From Candidatus Bathyarchaeia archaeon (GTDB lineage Archaea > Asgardarchaeota > Heimdallarchaeia > JABLTI01), in assembly GCA_035528035.1 (NCBI GenBank), contig DATKZI010000044.1, positions 18,034 through 82,033 on the forward strand: 64,000 bases of DNA. Direction: 5' to 3'. A program made the position numbers and the translations under genes. Numbering within the stretch: position 1 is the first letter of the stretch; every line of letters starts with the position of its first letter. Shown piece by piece: positions 29,245 through 39,300 of the stretch. The notes beneath the pieces were generated by a model. That model was not told the DNA's origin, searched no databases, and saw only the letters and a list, made by a program, of their open reading frames with translations.

Positions 29245-30438
29245 TTAGTGTTTTAAAGTTTGTAATCGAGTAAAACTTTCTTTGCTAAAACATATTGGGC
29301 AACCTGAAGTTTTTAGAATCTCTATGGAACTAATCTCTTCTGATGCACCTACACGAATTTCATGACCGTTTGCACATTGATAGATTCTGATAGTTGGATT
29401 TAATTCACCAGTATAGATATTATCAGAGTAATGAGTTGGATAAAGTATTTTTGCTGAATCTGTAGTGCTTAAAATTGAAAGGAAAGTTGTATTTCCATGC
29501 ATTTCTGCTCCTTCATAAAGATTAAATCCCGGAAGAAGTTGCTGAATTGCAAGACCATGTGCAAAGATTACTCTTTGAAGTTCTAGTAAATCGTTTGGCG
29601 CTCTATGAGCGTAAGCTAAATATATCTTCTTATTTTGTTCTCCCTTTAATATTTGTAATGTTCTTGAGAGAAAAAGATTCAGACCTGACAAAGTATAGGG
29701 AGGATCAGTTAATACAACATCAAATTTATTCTGTAAAAATTCCGGTATTGGTTCTCTTAGATCATGCTGAATACAAGTGATATCAAAATTATTTTCTTGA
29801 GCGACATCCTTTATTATTTTAAGTAAACGTTCATCAATATCGAATACAGTTATTTTAGCTTTAACTTTGAGAAGAGAAATTGCTAATGATGTAAAGTCAT
29901 CATCACCTAAAAGAGCTATTTCTCGTCCTTCAATATCATCATTCTGTAACATGAAATAAGCTCGTCTTATTGCTGTAATTGGTTTACCATATGCTTGATC
30001 TATATCTGTTTTAGGGATCGGTCGTATACTAGTAAACGCTCTCATTTTTTGGAATATTTCATCAATATTACTTGGAAGTTCAATAGTCGTTCCTTCACAT
30101 GTTTTACATGTTAAATCTTCTATATAAGAAAGGCTTAATTGCTCTGTTACATATCTTAATCCTTTTTCTGTTAATATTGCTCCTTTATTATTACGGTCAA
30201 TGATTCCTTCCTTTTCAAGTTCCTTTCGTACCGCAGCTACAGTTGGGATTGGTAAATATAATTTTCTAGCTAAACTTTTGGAGCCAATTGTACCAGATCT
30301 ATAAATTTCTCGAAGAATTCTTCTGACTAATTCTTTCCCTTCTTTTAATTCTGCTCTTTGAGCAATGTTCTCTAAAAGATTATTTGAATTTTTTTGATTT
30401 TGATTTGAAGGAGATTGTTTAGTCATAAAAAAATCCAT
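29245..30438 (-). CDS. DUF43/BpsA-family aminopropyltransferase-like protein (branched-chain polyamine synthase family) with an N-terminal wHTH
   Basis: Motifs LLGDDDFTSLAI and FDVVLTDPPYT are typical of DUF43/BpsA. The C-terminus is Cys-rich (CANGH...CPIC). Confidence 0.65.
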   Translation of the reverse strand: MDFFMTKQSPSNQNQKNSNNLLENIAQRAELKEGKELVRRILREIYRSGTIGSKSLARKLYLPIPTVAAVRKELEKEGIIDRNNKGAILTEKGLRYVTEQLSLSYIEDLTCKTCEGTTIELPSNIDEIFQKMRAFTSIRPIPKTDIDQAYGKPITAIRRAYFMLQNDDIEGREIALLGDDDFTSLAISLLKVKAKITVFDIDERLLKIIKDVAQENNFDITCIQHDLREPIPEFLQNKFDVVLTDPPYTLSGLNLFLSRTLQILKGEQNKKIYLAYAHRAPNDLLELQRVIFAHGLAIQQLLPGFNLYEGAEMHGNTTFLSILSTTDSAKILYPTHYSDNIYTGELNPTIRIYQCANGHEIRVGASEEISSIEILKTSGCPICFSKESFTRLQTLKH

Positions 30439-30441
30439 CTA

Positions 30442-30822
30442 TTACTTAATTTCTCGGGGTAATTCTTTCAATTCAAATGAACCTGGCTGTAGATGTTCTT
30501 TGATATGGTTCCATGCTACAAAAGGGTCCAACGATTCTCCACAAAGGAAAATATCTAATGCAGCAAATCTAAATTCTGGCCAAGTATGAATTGAAATATG
30601 TGTTTCTTTTAGAATAACAATAACACTGCAACCCATTGGTGAAAATCTATGAACTGATGCCTGAAGAACATGAGCTCCAGCAATCTTAGCTGCTTCTGTG
30701 ACCAATGATAATAAAGCCGTTTCATTATTAAGATCAGCTTCACAATTGTAAAGGTCAATTAACAATTCATTTACAGCTAGAGGGTTCTTTAAAGGATATT
30801 TCATAATCTCTTCTTTTGGCAT
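30442..30822 (-). CDS. speH: S-adenosylmethionine decarboxylase-like proenzyme (SpeH class) with Thr at the processing site
   Basis: LIDLYNC, ILKETHISIHTWPE and AALDIFLCG are present. The preferred start is ATG 30820-30822, with AGGTGA 8 nt upstream. The track ORF starts at 30864. Confidence 0.75.
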   Translation of the reverse strand: MPKEEIMKYPLKNPLAVNELLIDLYNCEADLNNETALLSLVTEAAKIAGAHVLQASVHRFSPMGCSVIVILKETHISIHTWPEFRFAALDIFLCGESLDPFVAWNHIKEHLQPGSFELKELPREIK

Positions 30823-30998
30823 ATCGATTTCACCTTTTTTTGCTGCTAATAACAAATAAACCATTAATTTATTAGTATTTTATGATGAGCATTTTTAATT
30901 AACTATTATAAAGTTACTTATCCTTTGATTATGATAAGAATTGTAGTGCTGGAAAACTTTGATAAAAATTATTAAACACAAATTCAGAAGGTAATTCT

Positions 30999-31757
30999 AT
31001 GACTAATGAAGATAGCACAAAAATAATTCGTTTTAGTAAAATCGAATCTACACAACTATTTGCAAGAGCATTGATAAAACAGGGTGATAATATTGATGGA
31101 ACAATAATTATTGCAGAAGAACAAACATTTGGAAAAGGAAGATTAAATAGAAATTGGATTTCACCCAAAGGTGGTGTTTGGTTATCAATTATCCTTCAAA
31201 AAAAATTACCTCTTAGATTATTAGAGGGATTCTCTGTTAGATTTGGTCTTAGATTTGTTAGAAAATTAGGAGAATTAACGGGATTTCCTTTCCAAGTAAA
31301 ATGGCCAAATGATATAATTCTTAATAGTAAAAAATTAGGTGGTATCTTAATAGATATATCCTCTCGAGACGATTCTTTAGAACATTTAATTTTAGGTGTT
31401 GGTATAAATGTCAACATTCAGAATTTTCCTTTGGATATAATAGAAACTGCATCATCTATGCAAATTGAATTGAAAAAAGAGTTTTCTCTAAATGATATCG
31501 AACAATTAATAATTAACACCTATAAAGAACTCATAAATGAATTAACTAATAATAAATTAGAAAAAATTGCTAATATCTGGAAAAATTATTCCTTTACTTA
31601 TAATTCATTGATCAATATTCACTCAGATGACCAACTGATAACTGGTAAAGATATTGGTATAACAGAGACAGGTAATTTGAAAATTGATAGAAATGGAAAA
31701 GTGAAGATAATTTCTATGGGAGAAATTAATCTTTTACGTAAGGTTGTTGAGAATTAG
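30999..31757 (+). CDS. birA: Biotin--protein ligase (group I, no N-terminal HTH)
   Basis: The motif is GKGRLNRNWISPKGG. At about 250 aa it has no DNA-binding domain. Confidence 0.85.
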   Translation: MTNEDSTKIIRFSKIESTQLFARALIKQGDNIDGTIIIAEEQTFGKGRLNRNWISPKGGVWLSIILQKKLPLRLLEGFSVRFGLRFVRKLGELTGFPFQVKWPNDIILNSKKLGGILIDISSRDDSLEHLILGVGINVNIQNFPLDIIETASSMQIELKKEFSLNDIEQLIINTYKELINELTNNKLEKIANIWKNYSFTYNSLINIHSDDQLITGKDIGITETGNLKIDRNGKVKIISMGEINLLRKVVEN

Positions 31758-32557
31758 AAAACACTAACCTCATCCAGTATTTTTTGATAATCGAGATGTT
31801 TATTCTGGAAATAATTTACAAAGAAATTTTTGATTTGATTGAAAACCTCATATCTTGCAAGATAATTAGTTAAATTATGATCAGCATTTGGAATCATAAT
31901 AAATCGTTTTGGATTTTCTGCTTTAGAGTATAATTTCTTAATTCCTTCTAATGGAATGAATGTATCTTTTCCACCAGTGATTATAATAATTGGTCTTGGA
32001 GCAATTTCCTCGATACAATTCAGAGGATTATTACCTTGTATATCGCCAATTAATTGTTCTTTAATGCCTTTTTCAGGTAGTCTTACCAAACCTGCAAATT
32101 CCAGTCCTTCCCATATAGCATCAAATTCTGGATAATTAACCATAAATGAAAAATCATACAATGGTGCTTGTAAAGCTAAAGCTGCAATTCGATGATCTCG
32201 AGACGCATGACACGTAGCTATAGCACCTCCTAAGCTCACACCATATAAACCTATTTTCAATGGATCAACTTTAGGATAATTTGTAAGGTAAGTAACAATC
32301 TGATCTAAATTGGAAAGAAATTTTTGGATTGATGTTACTCCCGGACTTGAACTAAAACCTGTAAAATGAAAGACAAAATAAGCTATTCCCTCAGAAGTTA
32401 GCATAGAAGCTAGTTCTTCTTCTTTATCGAAATTATTAGTGATTAGTCCATGAACTTTACAAACAACTGGAAATCTTCCATGTTCATCATTTGGATAGAA
32501 TAATTTTGCACTTAGAGTACTGTGATAAAATGGTATAATCATTTCTTCGCTTATCAT
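31754..32557 (-). CDS. Alpha/beta-fold hydrolase (Ser-Asp-His), the last gene of the accC-BCCP operon
   Basis: It has the nucleophile elbow GVSLGG, then GGKDTFIP and ADHNL. It lies 31 nt downstream of the BCCP gene. Confidence 0.7.
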   Translation of the reverse strand: MISEEMIIPFYHSTLSAKLFYPNDEHGRFPVVCKVHGLITNNFDKEEELASMLTSEGIAYFVFHFTGFSSSPGVTSIQKFLSNLDQIVTYLTNYPKVDPLKIGLYGVSLGGAIATCHASRDHRIAALALQAPLYDFSFMVNYPEFDAIWEGLEFAGLVRLPEKGIKEQLIGDIQGNNPLNCIEEIAPRPIIIITGGKDTFIPLEGIKKLYSKAENPKRFIMIPNADHNLTNYLARYEVFNQIKNFFVNYFQNKHLDYQKILDEVSVF

Positions 32558-32588
32558 AAAATCAAATCTCCTTTTCTTATTCTTGCAG

Positions 32589-33068
32589 TCATTCCATAGG
32601 CTTAATTTTCACTAAAAGTTGTTTTGTAGATACTTGATCCCCATCATTAACAAAGATTTTTTCAACAATGCCGTCAATAGGAGAAAGAATTTCATTTCGC
32701 ATTTTCATTGATTCTAAAACAACCACACATTGCTGATCTTGGACTTGATCCCCAAGATTAACTCTTACTTCTACAATTTTACCTGGAATAGATGCTTTAA
32801 TATCTGCTCCTTTTCTAAATTTCAAATCGTTTCGCGCAAGTAATTGTGGTGCTGATCTGAAATCAAAATCAATTTCTTTTCCATCAACATGAATAGTATT
32901 ATCTTTATATTCAACTCGATATTCTCTACCATTAACAAATACACGATAAAATTTTCCGTTATAAAGAACCTCAGGTTTGAAATAATAATCTTTAATTTTG
33001 ATACCTTTTTTGGATTGTTCAAGATCTAATTCGGTACCATGTATACGAACTCTAAATTTTTTATCCAT
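32589..33068 (-). CDS. accB: Biotin carboxyl carrier protein
   Basis: The C-terminal biotinyl domain has VVLESMKMRNEI (an E-x-MKM biotinylation motif). Confidence 0.8.
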   Translation of the reverse strand: MDKKFRVRIHGTELDLEQSKKGIKIKDYYFKPEVLYNGKFYRVFVNGREYRVEYKDNTIHVDGKEIDFDFRSAPQLLARNDLKFRKGADIKASIPGKIVEVRVNLGDQVQDQQCVVVLESMKMRNEILSPIDGIVEKIFVNDGDQVSTKQLLVKIKPME

Positions 33069-33072
33069 AATC

Positions 33073-34545
33073 TCAATCCCTTCCTATAGCATCCATTTTA
33101 CCTTTCATTCGCCAATTTGACGATTGTTGTGGCAGATTCATTTCACTTTTCTTTAAACCAACAGCAAAAAGAGCAGAAGCAAGAGTGCAAACATTTTTCT
33201 CTAATTTTTCTAGTAGTTTTTGATCTTGAATAAAATTGATACTAATATCACCTTTTTGGAATTTTTCGTCATCAATTAATTCTTGAAAGAAGGAAATATT
33301 ATTTGGAAATCCAATAATAACTAATTCTTTCAAAGCGTTTTGAGCTCGACTAATAGCTTCTCCTCGAGTTTCAGCTGCAACGATCATTTTACCAATTAAA
33401 GAATCATAGCAATTTGGTATTGTGAAACCTTCATAAATTGCTGTATCGAATCTGACTTGTGGACCACCTGGTGCAGTGAATTTCTGAACTAATCCAGCTG
33501 TTGGTTGAAAATTATTTAATGGATCTTCTGCATTTATTCGAAGTTCCATGGCATGACCTCTAAATTTAATTTCTGATTGTTTAAAAGAAAGCTCTTCTCC
33601 TTGAGCGATTTTTATTTGCTCCTTAACAATATCTTTCCCTGTAAGCATTTCTGTGACCGGATGTTCAACTTGAATTCTTGGATTGATTTCATTAAATAAA
33701 ACTTTATTATCAAGATAAAGAAATTCAATTGTTCCAGCACTAATATAACCGAGATTTTTAGCTAATCGACACACTAAAGCACCAATTTCATTTCTTTTTA
33801 CACGAGTTATTGCTTTAGAAGGTGATTCCTCAAGTAATTTTTGGTTTCTACGTTGTATGGAACATTCTCTTTCACCAAGATGGACAACATTTCCAAAATT
33901 ATCAGCTAAAATTTGGAATTCAATGTGCCTTGGTTGATTGATAAATTTTTCAATAAAGACTTCTCCCCGACCAAAAGCTGCCTGTGCTTGAGCACTAGCA
34001 TTCTGTAGTGCTTTCTTTAATTCCTTGTCTGAATGAGCAAATTGTATTCCCATCCCACCTCCACCAAAAACTGCTTTTACTAGAACAGGATAGCCTATTT
34101 CATTTGCTTGTAGAATACCATCATTCTCATCAGTAATAATATCAGATCCTCGAGGAACCTCTAAACCTGCTTCAATAGCTTTTTGCCTAGATTTAACTTT
34201 ATTACCAAGAAGTTCTATAACATCAGCTGGAGGACCAATAAATTTAACCCCTTTCTCAGTGAGTTTTTTAGCAAATAGTTCGCTTTCCGAAAGAAAACCA
34301 TATCCTGGATGAACACTTTCTATACCTTCACGAACACAAATGGAGATTATTTGGTCAATATCCAAATAACCGGCAATCTTACCATCTTCAACTAGGGCAA
34401 ATGCTTCATCAGCTAATTTCACGTGAAGTGCATTTTTATCAACAGAGGTGTAAATAGCATAAGTTTTAATGTCTAATTCACGAGCAGCTCGTATAATACG
34501 AACAGCAATTTCACCTCTATTAGCAACAAGCAAAGTGCTAAACAT
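33073..34545 (-). CDS. accC: Biotin carboxylase subunit of acetyl/propionyl-CoA carboxylase
   Basis: LLVANRGEIAVRIIRA, GGGGMGIQ, ERECSIQRRNQKLLEE and NPRIQVEHPVTE are present. Confidence 0.92.
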   Translation of the reverse strand: MFSTLLVANRGEIAVRIIRAARELDIKTYAIYTSVDKNALHVKLADEAFALVEDGKIAGYLDIDQIISICVREGIESVHPGYGFLSESELFAKKLTEKGVKFIGPPADVIELLGNKVKSRQKAIEAGLEVPRGSDIITDENDGILQANEIGYPVLVKAVFGGGGMGIQFAHSDKELKKALQNASAQAQAAFGRGEVFIEKFINQPRHIEFQILADNFGNVVHLGERECSIQRRNQKLLEESPSKAITRVKRNEIGALVCRLAKNLGYISAGTIEFLYLDNKVLFNEINPRIQVEHPVTEMLTGKDIVKEQIKIAQGEELSFKQSEIKFRGHAMELRINAEDPLNNFQPTAGLVQKFTAPGGPQVRFDTAIYEGFTIPNCYDSLIGKMIVAAETRGEAISRAQNALKELVIIGFPNNISFFQELIDDEKFQKGDISINFIQDQKLLEKLEKNVCTLASALFAVGLKKSEMNLPQQSSNWRMKGKMDAIGRD

Positions 34546-34586
34546 AATGGAAATGCAAGTTGGTATATTATATAGTAGATTCGACT

Positions 34587-34599
34587 TTTTACAGTAAAA
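34587..34599. promoter_or_regulatory. 13-bp perfect palindrome TTTTAC-A-GTAAAA, copy 1, a candidate operator
   Basis: Read directly from the accC / carboxyltransferase divergent intergenic region. An identical copy lies 44 bp away. Confidence 0.4.
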
Positions 34600-34630
34600 T
34601 TTCGCTCAAAAGATTTTTTTTCAGATTACA

Positions 34631-34643
34631 TTTTACAGTAAAA
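34631..34643. promoter_or_regulatory. 13-bp perfect palindrome TTTTAC-A-GTAAAA, copy 2, a candidate operator
   Basis: It is identical to 34587-34599. Confidence 0.4.
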
Positions 34644-34717
34644 ACAAGGTAACCTTTTGTTATACTTAATTTGCTTTTATCTTATAGTTTGTCTAAGATA
34701 AGCTATACAGGAGATTA

Positions 34718-36325
34718 ATGGCAATGAATATGAAATCGGATTTATCACAACATGGTGAGATTAACCTTAAGAAAAATAGTACTGAAAATAAAATAGATGA
34801 TTTATTAGAAAAAAGAGAAGATGCTTTGAAAGGTGGTGGAGAAGAAGCCATTCAAGCTCAACTCGAGAAAGGTAAATTAACTGCTCGTCAAAGAATAGAT
34901 ATTTTACTTGACCCAGGAACCTTTGTTGAAACAAATATGTTTGTTAAACATAAATGCAATAATTTTGGTTTGGAAAATAAGAAATATTACACCGATGGAG
35001 TAATTACTGGTTTCGGTCAAGTACATGGTCGTTTAGTTTATGTTTATAGTCAAGACTTTACTATCCTAGGTGGTAGCCTTGGTGAAGCTCATGCTAGAAA
35101 AATTTCCCAGTTAATGGATCAAGCAATCCAAAATGGTGCGCCATTAATTGGTTTTAATGATTCTGGTGGTGCAAGGATACAAGAAGGATCAAACTCCTTA
35201 GCAGGATATGGGGATATCTTTCTAAGGAATGTTCGCGCCTCAGGGATTATACCACAGATTTCTTGTATCGTAGGACCCTCTGCTGGAGGAGCAGTATATT
35301 CTCCTGCTTTGACCGATTTCATTGTCATGACAGAAAACACCTCATACATGTTTGTTACTGGTCCTGCAGTAGTAAAAACTGTAACCGGTGAGGAGACTTC
35401 TTTTGAAGAACTAGGTGGCGCATCTACCCATAGCACACAATCTGGAATCGCTCATTTGGTTGGTTCTGATGAGATCGAATCAATCGAGCTTATCAAAGCT
35501 ATTCTCTCCTTTTTGCCATCAAATAACTTAGAAGACCCACCACAAAAAGAAATCACAACAATTTCAGGATTGGAGTTAGAAAGTCTTGATGAAATTATTC
35601 CTGATGATCCTCTTGAGCCATATGATATGCGCGAAATAATCCTTAGAATTGTTGATAAAGGGAATTTTCTTGAGATACAAAAGAAATGGGCTCAAAATAT
35701 TATCATTGGATTTGGTCGATTAAATGGCTATCCAATAGGTATTGTTGCTAATCAACCCTGTATCTTAGCTGGTGCTTTAGATATAGATGCTTCAATTAAA
35801 GCAGCACGATTTATACGTTTTTGTGATTCCTTCAATATACCTATACTTACATTTGTTGATGTTCCAGGATTTTTACCTGGACTTGATCAAGAGCACAATG
35901 GTATCATAAAGCATGGTGCAAAATTAATCTATGCCTATGCTGAAGCTACTGTTCCTAAATTAACTGTTATTACTCGTAAAGCATATGGCGGAGCTTATAT
36001 AGTAATGGGTTCAAAACACCTAGGAAATGATACCAACTTTGCCTGGCCAACAGCAGAAATAGCAGTCATGGGTGCAGAAGGAGCAGCTCAGATCCTTTAC
36101 AGAAGAGAACTTGCTAAAGCAGAAAATCCATCTGAAATGCTTGAAATAATGAAGAATGAATATGCAGATGAATTTAACAATCCATATCTTGCAGCAGAAA
36201 GTGGCTATATTGATGATGTAATTGTTCCTAGTGAGACTCGTCAGAAATTAATTGCTGCTTTATGGCCTCTCCTACGAAAACGAGAGAGACGATTAAATAA
36301 GAAACATGGAAATGTCCCATTATAG
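34718..36325 (+). CDS. Acyl-CoA carboxylase carboxyltransferase subunit (PccB/AccD 12S type)
   Basis: KLTARQRIDILLDPGTF, FNDSGGARIQEG and VPKLTVITRKAYGGAY are present. Confidence 0.9.
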   Translation: MAMNMKSDLSQHGEINLKKNSTENKIDDLLEKREDALKGGGEEAIQAQLEKGKLTARQRIDILLDPGTFVETNMFVKHKCNNFGLENKKYYTDGVITGFGQVHGRLVYVYSQDFTILGGSLGEAHARKISQLMDQAIQNGAPLIGFNDSGGARIQEGSNSLAGYGDIFLRNVRASGIIPQISCIVGPSAGGAVYSPALTDFIVMTENTSYMFVTGPAVVKTVTGEETSFEELGGASTHSTQSGIAHLVGSDEIESIELIKAILSFLPSNNLEDPPQKEITTISGLELESLDEIIPDDPLEPYDMREIILRIVDKGNFLEIQKKWAQNIIIGFGRLNGYPIGIVANQPCILAGALDIDASIKAARFIRFCDSFNIPILTFVDVPGFLPGLDQEHNGIIKHGAKLIYAYAEATVPKLTVITRKAYGGAYIVMGSKHLGNDTNFAWPTAEIAVMGAEGAAQILYRRELAKAENPSEMLEIMKNEYADEFNNPYLAAESGYIDDVIVPSETRQKLIAALWPLLRKRERRLNKKHGNVPL

Positions 36326-36358
36326 TTAATTATCATCAAATAATTGGAGATAGTTTGA

Positions 36359-39300
36359 ATGGTTTTAATAAATGATTTTGATAGCTTCATGCAAATGCGT
36401 AAGCCTATTTTGGCTTATAATCCTCCAGGTATATTATCTGTTGATTTGCTAAAAACAGTGATAAGAGAAGGAGGTGTTGGTCTAGTTAATTTAGAGCGCA
36501 TGAAATTAAATGAAAGCAAAGAATTATTGAATGTGTGTTTGTCAGAATTACAGAATAATTGGGGTATTAGGATATCTAATAAACAACAATTAGAATTATT
36601 GCTTAATTTACCAGCAAATACTTCTCCTATACTTCTTATAACAAGCAATTTAGATTTAACACAAGCTGAGTTAGAAAAAATCAAAACTAAACAATTTATC
36701 ATTTTAGCTGAAGTAACCAATTTACAAGAAGCATATTCAAAGAAATGGGCTAGCAGTTATATCGTTAAGGGATACGAAGCAGGTGGTAGAATTGGTAATG
36801 AAACATCTTTTATTTTATCACAACAATTTGCAGATGCAGGTTTATCATTTATTGTTCAAGGAGGAGTTGGGTTATATACTTCCCCAGCAATTTTCATAGC
36901 TGGAGCAAAAGCCATTGTTCTTGACACTCAATTGTATCTTACACCAGAGTGCCCTCTACCTCAGAACATCAAAGATTTTCTTTCAAAATTAGATGCCACT
37001 GATACCAGGGTTTTAGGAGATTCGACAAATTATAAGTATCGAGTCTATGCAAGATTGGGGACAAAAATTGTTAATGATTTTATTATCAAAGAAAAAGAAT
37101 TACTTACTTTTAATAAAAAAGAACGAACGGAAAAAATTCAAAATGAGATATCTTCTCAACGAGAGATGTTTGAGAGTAATAATTTCATGAATAACTTGTT
37201 ACCTATGGGACAAGATATTTCTTTTGCTAAAATTTTAACTGATGAATTTGGCACAGTTACAGGAATCATCAATGGTTTACTTCGCCAAATTGAGAAGCAA
37301 ATTAAATCAGCCATAACAAACTATCCTTTACAGGAAAACAATCTCATATCGAAGGAACTTGGGATACGATACCCAATTATTCAAGGTCCTATGGCAAATG
37401 TTTCCGAGAGTCCTGTTTTTGCTAAACTTATATCAGATGCAGGTGGTTTACCATTTTTAGCTTTAGGTTCTCTGTTTAAAGGTCAAACAAGAACCTTGAT
37501 TACTAAAACTAAAGAAAAACTTGGAGATGCTCCTTTTGGTTGTGGTATTATTGGTTTAGAAGCAAATAAGAAAGCTCGAGATGAGCATCTAAAGATCATA
37601 CAAGAGCTTAAACCACCATTTGTTGTTGTTGCTGCAGGAACAATAGACCAAGCTAAAGAAGTAATGGGTTATGGAATCAAAACATTTCTCCACACTCCCT
37701 CTCCAGCGATATTCCGAGAAGCCTTTGAATCAGGAGTTAGTAATCTTGTTTTAGAAGGAATGGAATGTGGTGGTCATATTGGTGTTCTAACCAGTTTTGT
37801 TCTCTGGGAGCTTTCCCTTCATGAATTGTCAGCTAATAAAGAAAAAATTACCACCAACCAAGGTAAAATTAATGTTGCTTTTGCAGGAGGTATTGGTGAT
37901 AAATTTTCAGCTGCTATGGCAGGAATTCTTTGTTCTGCTCATCCAGAAATAATGAATGGTTTACTATGGGTAGGAACAGCTTATATTTTGGTCAAGGAAA
38001 TTGTAGAAACAGATACTATACAACCATTATATCAACAATTGGCATTGAATGCTAAAGAAACTGTTGTTGTTGGAGAAACAGTAAATACTCGAGCACGTTC
38101 AATTCCAACACCATTTACTAAAGTAATAATTGAACGAGAATTAGCACGTTTAAAAGAAGGAGTAAGTTTAGCTGATAGAAAACATCAATATGAACGAGAT
38201 AATTTAGGGTCTACACGAATTGCTGCCTTAGGAGAAATTTGGAATCCTGAAGGAGAAGATGATAAACCGAATCGTTTTATGCCTATAGACGAGAAAGGAC
38301 AATATCAGAAAGGCAATTATCTTATTGGTCAGATTATTGCCAGTTTAAGATGTATTCGAACTTTAGATGATCTCCATACTGATTTGATAATCAATTCAGA
38401 AGAACTTGTGAAAAAACGAGCTGAAAGTATTTCTGAAAGGTTGGTTCCCTCACAACAAAAGATTGAAAGCAGCTTAATTAGTGATGAAAGTGTTCTTCCT
38501 GAATATGACCTAAAATCTTTCGAAGACGAAGGAATAGCTATTGTAGGTTTAGGATGTGTCTTTCCTGATGCCTTAAATATCAATGCATTTTGGAATAATA
38601 TACTCAATAAAGTTTATTCAATTAAAGAAATACCATCTGAGAGATGGGCTGATAATATTGATCTTTTTTATGATCAAAATAAGGACGCTCCAAATAAATC
38701 GTATACAAAAATTGCTGCTTCTATTTCTAATTTTAATTTCAATTCACTTGAATTTAAAATCCCCCCAAAAGTTGCCATTACAATGGGCAGAGCTCAAAAA
38801 TTAGCTTTGGTTGCTGCTAAAGAAGCATTAGAAGATGCTAAAATGCTAAGTAGTGATTATGACCATTCTAGAACAGCAGTTATAATAGGCAATTCCATGG
38901 GTGATGAAATTAGAACAAGTCATTCTCGAAAGGTTTTCGCTCCAGAAGTTTTATCTAGAATTGAAAAATCATCTTCATTCTCAAATATTGATAATAAAAC
39001 TTGGGAGAAGATTAAAACTCAAGTATTAGCAGATTATGAAACACAGCTTGTTCCTATAAACGAAGATACCATGCCTGGAGAACTTTCTAATGTAATTGCT
39101 GGTCGTATCTCTAACACTTTTAATCTTCGTGGTAAAAATATGACTACTGATGCTGCTTGTGCTTCAAGTCTTGCAGCACTAAATGTAGCTGCAAAAGGTC
39201 TTCTCGATTTTGAATATGATATAGTTTTATGTGGAGGAGCAGATTGCTCGTTGGATCCACCTACTTTTATTAAATTTGCTAAGATAGGTGCTTTATCAGC

